Of a DNA stretch of 64,000 nucleotides, positions 13,300 to 22,560 are shown piece by piece; the first letter of the stretch is position 1; each line of letters begins with the position of its first letter. The notes beneath the pieces are model-generated. The model was not told the DNA's origin. It worked only from the letters and a program-made list of their open reading frames with translations, and searched no databases. The DNA is taken from NCBI GenBank assembly GCA_964270895.1, contig OZ185439.1; one strand, given 5' to 3'. The position numbers were made by a program, and so were the translations under genes. The stretch is from Podarcis filfolensis (Eukaryota).

Positions 13300-16065
13300 T
13301 AATAAGCTTTCAAGTCAGAAATATCAATACATAGTAATTCCTCTGAAAACATAAAATGATTCTAGATTCCTCCTGAGATAATCTCACAGGAACACTACAC
13401 TTTTGTAGTACAGTTCCCTGGTATGAGAAATCATCATCATAGCTACAAAAACTAAGCAAATGACAGGCGTGACCTGACACTTGACTTTCGTACCCATATT
13501 TTAAGCAAACTCTAGGTGCAATGCAAAAGAAAACTCTTGAATGCTGAAAGCAACCAGATTCTGGACTCCATAACTATAGTTATCAGGCATTTTTGGAACT
13601 TCATTGTAACAACCTGCCTGCTCTGCCACACTGAGAATAGAACCCTGTGCCCTGCTACCTAGGACTAAGTGTCATTGAGCTGTATTAGATTTATTTCTGA
13701 GCAGACATAGGATTGCACTGCAACTCATACATCTGGATTAGAAAGCATCACAAGAGGAAAACAGGAGTGAGAAGAGTACAGCATAACAAATTTGCCTCTA
13801 GATCAGTGGTTTTCAACTAGTGTCGTGGTACCCTGGGGTGCCTTGAATGATGGTCAGGGCAACACTGGCCTCTGTCCCTCTTTCCTTCCCTCCCTCCTCT
13901 GATGCCTTCTCACATCTCTGCCTCCCAAAGGCTTGCACAGCTGTTTATTGCAGCAGCCCTGGCTATAAGCTCTGCAAGCAAGGTCTTCCACTACAATAGT
14001 GGGGCTTTGCACCCCCCCTCCCTGTTTGCCCCACTCCCAAAATAGCTATGGAAGCCCCCAGAACAGCACCCAGGGGGAGGAGAGAGGAGATTCTTCCATC
14101 TGGCAAACTGAAATGCTTGTGCTGATGTAACAATCTCCTTAGCACTACAATGAATTCTTCCCAAGTGATCAACCACCACACTGGTTTGGCTAGTTCTGTT
14201 TGAAGAATGAACTTTCCATTCAAATGATATTATGTGTGCCGTTCAGACCTTGGCAAAGATACCTAGAAATCAGCAAATACACTTTACAAACTCTGGCACT
14301 TGTAATGGGAATGTGGTAGGTACTTCTCTAATAAGCAGAGACATGCATACATTCTGCACTATGCCTGAACAAATAAAGCTTACAATATCTGAGCCAAAAG
14401 GGAAACGTGATCACGTTAGGCACACCTGTTCATCAACTTGAAACCTGCCCAGCTACCATCATACAATCTTACAAATCTGAAGAGGGGATGGTGGTGGTAT
14501 GAAGAAATTATGCACAAATTATTCATGTGGTGAACCCTTGCCGTAGCCATTCCATCTCTGATCTATCCATGCTTCTCCTAAATGGAAACTCTTACAATAT
14601 CTTTAAAAAGCATGCCTCAGAACTAGAGTTTCTAACATGGCTTAATTTGCAGAATAATTGGCTGAATAAATAAAAACAGTTTGCTGGTGAAAATGCAGGC
14701 TGCAACTCACTGCTGGTTAACACCAAGGGTAAAGAATGTTTTCACTTGGTATAAGATTTGATGAAGGGATTACTGTATTTCAGTCCATTTTCAAAGACAG
14801 TCAGTAAACCTTGCTCCATATATAAATTGAGCTCTAAATATAATCCAATTTTAACTACTGCATATGTTGAAAACTTGCCTGTCCTTTCAACAGCAGCAGT
14901 CAGTTCAAACCTAATAATGTTCAAGCTACGGTACTTGATCAATCATCCCAAGACATGCAGATCAGACATGTCTATTGCAGAGGACGAGGGGGGTTACTTA
15001 ACAGTTGCTATACCTATAAAAAGTGCTTTCCTTTCTGCTAAGTTCGTAATGCAAACCAGATCTACCATTTCAAAACAAGAACAGTATGTACTTGCACAGA
15101 GAAACAGAGTACTCCTGTTAAGAATGTAACAACCCATATGAGACACACGCCTAGTTTAGTCCAACAAAACTTCCCTAATTTGTTTCCTGTTTGAATAAAT
15201 CAAGAATAACATCCTGTACGCTGTTTAAACTATACCGTATTGTGAGACAATTTACATAGCAGGGCAGGCTCAATCGGGACGGACCTTGACCATTTTCAGA
15301 GCTCTGATGTATTTGTAACTCCATTTGTATTCTCCAGATGAAACGTCTCCGCAGCTCAGAAAAGCTATAGTTTCCTCAAGAACAGAACGGAACAGCTAGT
15401 CCTTTGGAGTGGCTGCTCTTCCTCTGGCTCTTTCCCTTTCCCTTGGCGAGCTGCTCAGCTCTGGGGAGGTGTGGCCATGTCAGGCAGGGTGTGCCGCTGC
15501 TGCTCCCAAGTAACGTTAAAAGCACAGCCAAGATTCGATGCCCTTTACAAATCTTAGTCATCCTGATCACTGATGCAGAGAACACCTTTGGAATGAATTA
15601 ACATTTTTATGAGTTAACATTTTGCTATTTGCACACAGAACGCTAACAGCTAAAGGAAGGAGGGGCAAATTGCATTAGGAGAATGACAACCGACAAACCT
15701 CCATTCACCAGCCTGAGGAAATAGCACAAAATTGTTGATATTGATCAAGAGGTTTCCTGACTTGGGTAAGGGGAAATTTCAAGCTGGATATTAACTCCTG
15801 GAGCAAAGTCTGTTGCCTACAGGACTCATTAGGTCCGCTGTTCCCTCCAGTTTTCTGTGTGTGTTGGGTATGTACCTGAATGCACCATGAACACTGGGTC
15901 CAATCCGCATTTCATCACCAGTCCCCACTCATTGATGACTTTATTTTAACCATTCCTACTAACTTTCACAGGAAGAAAGGCACATATTATTTTTATTCAC
16001 TTAACCACTGCACTTATCAAACCTAAGCTTGAACTCACAGAAGGACAACTCCAGTTGACACTGAC

Positions 16066-16080
16066 ACTGACACTGACACT

Positions 16081-16127
<47 letters not shown>
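16066..16127. repeat. (GACACT)n plus (CA)n compound microsatellite
   Basis: Direct reading. Confidence 0.95.
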
Positions 16128-16129
<2 letters not shown>

Positions 16130-16424
16130 TAGGGCTCAGCATCTCCTAACTCAGCATCTCATTTCTTTTTTAAGCTTTCCACTAGACAGCTGTTCAACAT
16201 AACGTAGTCAATAACTGGGGTTGTAGTGTGTGGGGAACCTTTCTCTGCAATGAGCTTGACACCATGAGTTGGTTACCATTGGGTGGCCTGACTCCATCTT
16301 CAAACTTTTGCACTGTAGCAGAAGGGTAAAAATCTGAATACATAGCAGAACAGCCAGTTTATGATAGACCAAAGGGACATGGAGAACAAGCTGAAGGGTT
16401 CTATGTGAACACCTGTTTACATGC

Positions 16425-16532
16425 TTTTGTAGTAGCTTGATGTTAAAGAGAAGGGGTGAGGAAACTGTGGCCCTATAGATATAGGGCCACAGTTTCCTTA
16501 CCCCTTCTCTTTAACATCAAGCTACTACAAAA
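16425..16532. repeat. Near-perfect inverted repeat, 53-bp arms and 2-nt spacer
   Basis: Arm 16425-16477 is the reverse complement of 16480-16532 with a single mismatch (a G-T pair on the + strand). Confidence 0.97.
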
Positions 16533-16640
16533 CACCTGTTAATGGATTACAGCTGCCTCATCCTTGACCATTGGCTGTGCTGGCTGGTGCTGATGGAAAT
16601 TATAGTCATATAACATACGAAGGACCAAAGGTTCCCCTGA
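16450..16640. mobile_element. Degraded hAT-type palindromic MITE interrupted by a 57-nt templated insertion
   Basis: Removing 16481-16537 restores GGGGTGAGGAAACTGTGGCCCTATAGAT-GTTAATGGATTACAGCTGCCTCATCCTTGACC ... AAGGTTCCCCTG, collinear with the other MITE copies in the window. Confidence 0.75.
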
Positions 16641-17269
16641 GATAGAGCATGCTGGTACCACTTCAAACAAGCTTAGCTTGTATCGGTGTGGCATAGGGGG
16701 GCATAGGGGACTTTGTCTGGGGCTCTTTCACTAAAATCAAATAGGGAAAATGGGTCAAGTGGTGCTCTTGAAACAGTCAATAGCTTCCAGCTTTTAAAGT
16801 GGTGTGTAAATCAAAGCAAGAGAGAGGATACACAGTTGACAATGAGCTCACCTCTGTCACCTTGGCATGAAGGTTTATTGCCCATCCCCAAAATAATGAA
16901 CTGAAGCCCTGGGAATTAAGAGCAGGGCTTAAACAAAGCAAGACTGGGCAACTTTTGGGAGGTGTCCGTTGTCACCAGGGCCCCTGGATTTGTTTCATGC
17001 AAGTATTGTGGGCACTTAGTCAGGCAGTGCTACGACTTTTATTATACTAGCCTCCAGCATGGTCCACCCAGGGTGTTGAATGCTCTTTTCCCTCAGCTCC
17101 TCTATTGCTTCCAGGTAACTGGCAATACCTGTCCTACCAGTTGCCTAAAGCAACCTCCTCTTATAACTACAAGGGTGGCCTATATTTCCTCCTTATGTTC
17201 ACAGCAATTTTGTGAAGCAGGTCAGGCTGACAGGCAGTGACTGTTCCAAGGCCAGTCACTGCACCTAAA

Positions 17270-17585
17270 AAAGGATATTATAGAGTTGGAAAGGGTTCAG
17301 AAAAGTGCAACTAAACTAAAGGTGGTAAGACGTAAAGGAAAATGAGCAGCCAAGACCCTTAATATTCACACAGACCACCCTCCACTGTATTTTTACACAA
17401 AGAAGATTCCAATTAAGCATCAGGAATAACTTTCTGATGGCAAGAGCTGTTCAACAGTGGAACAGATTCCCTCGGAAGGTGGACTTTCCTTAAGCAGAGG
17501 TTGGATGGCCATCTGTCATGGATGCTTTAGTTGAGATTCCTGAATTGCAGGGTCCCTTCCAACTCTACAATTCCCTGATTCCATT
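17270..17585 (+). mobile_element. CR1 LINE 3' fragment (internally deleted)
   Basis: GAGTTGGAAAGGGTTCAGAAAAGTGCAACTAAA and AGAGCTGTTCAACAGTGGAACAG ... GGTTGGATGGCCATCTGTC ... CCCTTCCAACTCTAC, characteristic of CR1 3' ends. Confidence 0.75.
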
Positions 17586-17592
17586 ATAACAT

Positions 17593-17740
17593 CTGAAGGC
17601 AGCCCTGTTCAGGGAAGTTTTTAATGTTTGATGTTTTGTCACATCATCATCATCATTATTATTATTAATATTCTGTTGGGAGCCACCCAGAGTGGCTGGG
17701 GAAACCCAGCCAGATTGGCAGGGTATAAATAGATAATATA
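17593..17740 (+). mobile_element. L2-type LINE 3' end
   Basis: GGGAGCCACCCAGAGTGGCTGGGGAAACCCAGCCAGAT..GGGTATAAAT followed by a (TAT)n tail. Confidence 0.75.
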
Positions 17741-17743
17741 TTA

Positions 17744-17830
<87 letters not shown>
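17741..17830. repeat. (TTA)n-(TGC)n compound microsatellite
   Basis: Direct reading; continues from the L2 tail. Confidence 0.95.
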
Positions 17831-18772
17831 ATGTTCCTCAGGCTGTTTAAAAGAATAATAATGAAATGTACTGATCCTGCTGGGATTTTTCTCTCTGAAG
17901 TCAGGGTTCCAGAAAAGTATAACAGTTCCAGAAACTTAAGACAAATAAATCAGTCTCCCATGATTAAAAAACACACCAAACCCTTCTGTTAACAAGAATA
18001 AGAGAGCCAAGAATGGTGGGTAGGTTGTATAATTTGTTTAAGCTTCCAATACTGACCACAAGGCCATTTGTAATCTTCTTTGCTGCTTTTCCATAGTTAT
18101 GCGCAGCTGGCGAGCCAGCCGATGCCAACTGCTTTTCTTTAACTGGGCACCAAGAAAGGGGTCACAAGCAGATAACACTGAGATATAACACTTGGATGCA
18201 TGTATTGTGTGACACAGGGTTTTCTGCCATGAAATCCAACACTGCTTAAAGTCCTTTCATAAGCTAACTCATCCGTATTTCACTTCTATTAGTATCTTCT
18301 TGATTAAACAGTAAGTTCTTGGTTTTGGAAAGGGAGGTGTTTTTCTTCAAGGAACATGTAAGGAGTTTTATTTCAGGTATACAAGTGTGACTGCAATACC
18401 TTGATTGAAAATTAACGCACATCAGAACTCAAGGCTATGTTTGATTCATGAGCTCTTGCAGGTCATCTGTAGAAGGCCATACATGGAACAGGCTTAACTC
18501 TTTGATGAAGCAAGGTATGGCATGGCTGTGATGCAAGCAAACACTACTCCAGACACACTGTAGACCCCAACCACCACAGTGATGTAACTAACTAGATCCA
18601 AAGAGGGTGGTGACAAGTCAACATGAGACGGAAGGGGAGTGCAAGAAAGCAGCTGTAAATAGGGACAGACTTGGCCCCCATTCTTAGAGCAGGGGGACAG
18701 AACACTTAAAGTTAGTATAAGGCACATAGTAGGATAAAAGTAAAGACAAATAGAACTACTTGCATTCTAATG

Positions 18773-18908
18773 GAGGCATAGGCAAACACAGCCTTCCAGA
18801 TGTTTTGGGACTACAATTCCCATCATCCCTGACCACTGGTCCTGTTAGCTAGGGATCATGGGAGCTGTAGGCCAAAAACATCTGAAGGGCCAAGTTTGCC
18901 TATGCCTG
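18773..18908. mobile_element. hAT-type palindromic MITE (136 bp)
   Basis: TIR (G)AGGCATAGGCAAAC / GTTTGCCTATGCCTG; perfect 8-bp TSD TTCTAATG at 18765-18772 and 18909-18916. Confidence 0.9.
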
Positions 18909-19141
18909 TTCTAATGGAACTATGCATATAGGTGCTGTAGAACCAGCACAGAAGGAGAAAAGCAATATATAAGAAATGCAAGCACATATTATGCAAACAA
19001 AATGGACAGATTTTCTATTTCAGATAAGCCCCATAATAAATGAATCATGAGAAATGTCCCTAATAAATATTTCCAAGGTAAGAGATATATTTTTCAAATC
19101 ATGATAATCTACCATAATGAAATGCGACCAAGCAGTAATAT

Positions 19142-20351
19142 GTTGTTGTTTAGTCGTTTAGTCGTGTCCGACTCTTCGTGACCCCATGGACCAGAGCACG
19201 CCAGGCACTTCTGTCTTCCACTGCCTCCCGCAGTTTGTTCAGACTCATGTTTGTAGCTTCGAAGACACTATCCAACCATCTCGTCCTCTGTCGTCCCCTT
19301 CTCCTTGTGCCCTCCATCTTTCCCAGCATCAGGGTCTTTTCCAGGGAGTCTTCTCTTCTCATGAGGTGGCCAAAGTATTGGAGCCTCAGCTTCAGGATCT
19401 GTGCTTCCAGTGAGCACTCAGGGCTGATTTCCTTCAGAATGGAGAGGTTTGATCTTCTTGCAGTCCATGGGACTCTCAAGAGTCTCCTCCAGCACCATAA
19501 TTCAAAAGCATCAATTCTTCGGCGATCAGCCTTCTTTATGGTCCAGCTCTCACTTCCATAAATCACTACTGGGAAAACCATAGCTTTAACTATACGGACC
19601 TTTGTTGGCAAGGTGATGTCTCTACTTTTGAAGATGCTGTCTAGGTTGGTCATTGCTTTCCTCCCAAGAAGCAGGCGTCTCTTAATTTCGTGGCTGCTGT
19701 CACCATCTGCAGTGATCATGGAGCCCAAGAAAGTAAAATCTCTCACTGCCTCCATTTCTTCCCCTTCTATTTGCCAGGAGGTGATGGGACCAGTGGCCAT
19801 GATCTTCGTTTTTTTGATGTTGAGCTTCAGACCATATTTTGCGCTCTCCTCTTTCACCCTCAATAAAAGGTTCTTTAATTCCTCCTCACTTTCTGCCATC
19901 AAGGTTGTGTCATCTGCATATCTGAGGTTGTTGATATTTCTTCCAGCAATCTTAATTCCGGCTAGGGATTCATCCAGCCCAGCCTTTCGCATGATGAATT
20001 CTGCATATAAGTTAAATAACCAGGGAGACAATATACAGCCTTGTCGTACTCCTTTCCCAATTTTGAACCAATCAGTTGTTCCATATCCAGTTCTAACTGT
20101 AGCTTCTTGTCCCACATAGAGATTTCTCAGGAGACAGATGAGGTGATCAGGCACTCCCATTTCTTTAAGAACTTGCCATAGTTTGCTGTGGTCAACACAG
20201 TCAAAGGCTTTTGCATAGTCAATGAAGCAGAAGTAGATGTCTTTCTGGAACTCTCTAGCTTTCTCCATAATCCAGCGCATGTTTGCAATTTGGTCTCTGG
20301 TTCCTCTGCCTCTTCTAAATCCAGCTTGTACTTCTGGGAGTTCTCGGTCCA
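19142..20351 (-). mobile_element. 5'-truncated RTE/Bov-B LINE, about 1.2 kb, young copy
   Basis: Encodes RT motifs (QAGFRRGRGTRDQI, IDYAKAFD, GVRQGCILSP, LRYADD) and the Bov-B C-terminus (HGVTKSRTRLND), then a short ACA-repeat tail. Flanked by a perfect 12-bp TSD, AAGCAGTAATAT, at 19130-19141 and 20352-20363. Confidence 0.97.
19150..20350 (-). pseudogene. Uninterrupted Bov-B reverse transcriptase fragment (about 400 codons; no endonuclease domain or native start)
   Basis: ORF track 19150-20436. The first ~29 residues come from flanking DNA beyond the TSD; TE-derived sequence starts at DRELPEVQAGF. No stops or frameshifts. Confidence 0.9.
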
Positions 20352-20738
20352 AAGCAGTAATATATACATGCTTATTTCCACAGTGAAATATGAAACTCCA
20401 AGAAATAACTAAACCAGAAGCTCTATCTTGTTTCATTTATGTTTGCCCATCATTGACCCAGTACTAATTGTTTCATATTTCTTATGCATACTCACTTCCT
20501 CGAAGGACTACTGTTTAGATGGTGCGTTTTTAAAAAATAAAGTGGCAGAACATGATTATAAAAACTGCTATTGCATATATTTTTAAAAGGAATAGATCCT
20601 CAGATGCCTCCATGCAGGGTGGGTGGAGGAGGAGGGAGAGGGAGAAGGAGAGTACTCACTAGTACAGAGTGCCAGCGCCTCATATTTTAAAACAAAAAAA
20701 GCACTGCCTCAATAAGAACAGCATAGCTGCCAGATATG

Positions 20739-21017
20739 CAGGGGCAGAGGAAGGGGATGTGGTGGGGGAGGCTCATCCCGGGTGTCATTCCCGAGGGGGT
20801 GACAAAATGGCACACTGCGGGGGGCAGCACTTACCGCGAAGCCTGGCCTGCAGTGTGCCCAAGCCACGCATCTCTCGGGGCCCTGCGCTGCCCAAAATGG
20901 CAGCGTGGGGCTTGGGTCCGCCAGGCGGACTCCGTGGGTGGATTGCCACGGCGCCCCTGTGGGCGGATCGGCCTGCCCCTGCCACTCTGCATGCTGGAGC
21001 AGCTAGCTAAGTCCCTG
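20739..21017. mobile_element. GC-rich non-autonomous DNA element, probably hAT-type
   Basis: Ends CAGGGGC / GTCCCTG; possible 8-bp TSD CAGATATG/CAGAGCTG (6 of 8); CpG-rich island of ~280 bp in AT-rich surroundings, with internal hairpins. Confidence 0.6.
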
Positions 21018-21092
21018 CAGAGCTGTGCAGAGTTGGTCAGGGTCAAACACACAACATATCCAAACCAGGAAAATCTGCTATTCATTATTTTT

Positions 21093-21212
21093 AATAATAA
21101 TAATTTATTATTTATACCTCACCCATCTGGATGGGTTTCCCCAGCCACTCTAGGTGGCTTCCAACAGAATATTAAAATACAATAGTCTATTAAACATTAA
21201 AAGCTTCCCTAA
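21093..21212 (-). mobile_element. L2-type LINE 3' end, same family as 17593
   Basis: TTTATACCTCACCCATCTGGATGGGTTTCCCCAGCCACTCTAGGTGGCTTCCAACAG is the reverse complement of the 17593 copy. Confidence 0.75.
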
Positions 21213-21252
21213 AATGTTCCATACATGAATATATATTGATTCATAGAATTAA

Positions 21253-21385
21253 TCATAGAATTGTAGAGTTGGAAGAGTCATCTGGTCCAACCTCCTGCAA
21301 TGCAAGAATTTTCTGCCCAACATGCAGCTCAAACCCACAACTCTAAATTTAAGAGTCTCATGCTCTACCAACTGAACTATCCCAG
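21253..21385 (-). mobile_element. tRNA-Lys-headed SINE with CR1-type tail
   Basis: Reverse complement of the same head and tail as 53671-53822. Confidence 0.85.
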
Positions 21386-21715
21386 GAATGATCATCTTAT
21401 TTATTTTCAAGGGGGTTAACAGTCAGAATCAGGAACATGACATGTCTATAAAGTTTAAAAGAAGTTTTCCAGACTAATATGGGGGGCTATCAAGTCAAGG
21501 TTAATGGGATGCTGCTAACTTTGGTAGGAAGTAACCAGATGGGGAGTGATGGATAACAGAGGACAAGACAGGAAAGATATGAAAGCAAATCATATGAACG
21601 TGATGTGGTGCAGACATCCTCTCTCAGCAAGGTTTTAGAATCAGTACATAATGTAAAGATTGGCTCAAACAGGCAGAAACTCAGTTGTTGGCGTCCGTCT
21701 GTAGTTTTGCACAAC

Positions 21716-21812
21716 ATAGCTCAGTGTCCTACAAATTCTAACTGTGAAATAAAAACACTAGCTTACCACCCAGGCTGTTGTGAAGATGAATGAGATAAGA
21801 TCTGTAAAACAT
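21716..21812 (+). mobile_element. MIR-like CORE/tail fragment
   Basis: CTTACCACCCAGGCTGTTGTGAAGATGAATGAGATAAGATCTGTAAAACATTTGGCACA; related remnants near 53270-53335 (+) and 17165-17255 (-). Confidence 0.6.
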
Positions 21813-22317
21813 TTGGCACAGTAAGGAGTCACAAGGAATAATGAACAAGTGCAGAAAAACCTGCTTCTGCAACTACTGTTGCCTAATAATTTTGCAACAA
21901 ATGTTGCTTGCTAGTTATGTGCATTTCTAAGCAGCTGCATCACCGTCAGTGGAATGAGCTGACCTGTAATAAAGAAAGAATGACTATGCTTTGAGGATCC
22001 ACATTGTAAAATATTTTTTCTTAAACTCATTTAGAAATATTCTAATGATGAACCAAAATTACTTCTATGCTGCAAGGCCATCTTATCCATCCTTGCCTTT
22101 GGCTGAACCCTGTTGTGTTGTTTTCATTAAAATGTTATAATAGCTGAAAGCATTATAATTCATGAATTGGTAGCAAGACACATTCCATTTTTTATTGTTT
22201 GAATTAAATAAAACACACAGAATGGTGAGCAAACTAGCAAGAGTCAAGCTTTGCTCTTGGGACCTCTACCAGTCAGCCTGCCTCTTCTTTTTCCTGCTTA
22301 ACGTCTATTCTCTTGAC

Positions 22318-22560
22318 CATGGGTAGGCAAACTAAGGCCCGGGGGCCGGATCCAGCCCAATCACCTTCTAAATCCGGCCCATGGACGGTCCAGGAATCAG
22401 TGTGTTTTTACATGAGTAGAATGTGTACTTTTATTTAAAATGCATCTCTGGGTTATTTGTGGGGCATAGGAATTCATTCATATTTTTTTCCAAAATATAG
22501 TCCGGGCCCCCCACAAGGTCTGAGGGACAGTGGACTGCTGAGAAAGTTTGCTGACCCCTG
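22318..22560. mobile_element. hAT/Charlie-type MITE (243 bp)
   Basis: Ends CATGGGTAGGCAAACT / AGTTTGCTGACCCCTG; perfect 8-bp TSD CTCTTGAC at 22310-22317 and 22561-22568. Confidence 0.9.

Noticed and set aside
19178-20412. Plus-strand and alternate-frame ORFs of 74-168 aa within the Bov-B copy
   Set aside because: Shadows of the RT reading frame.
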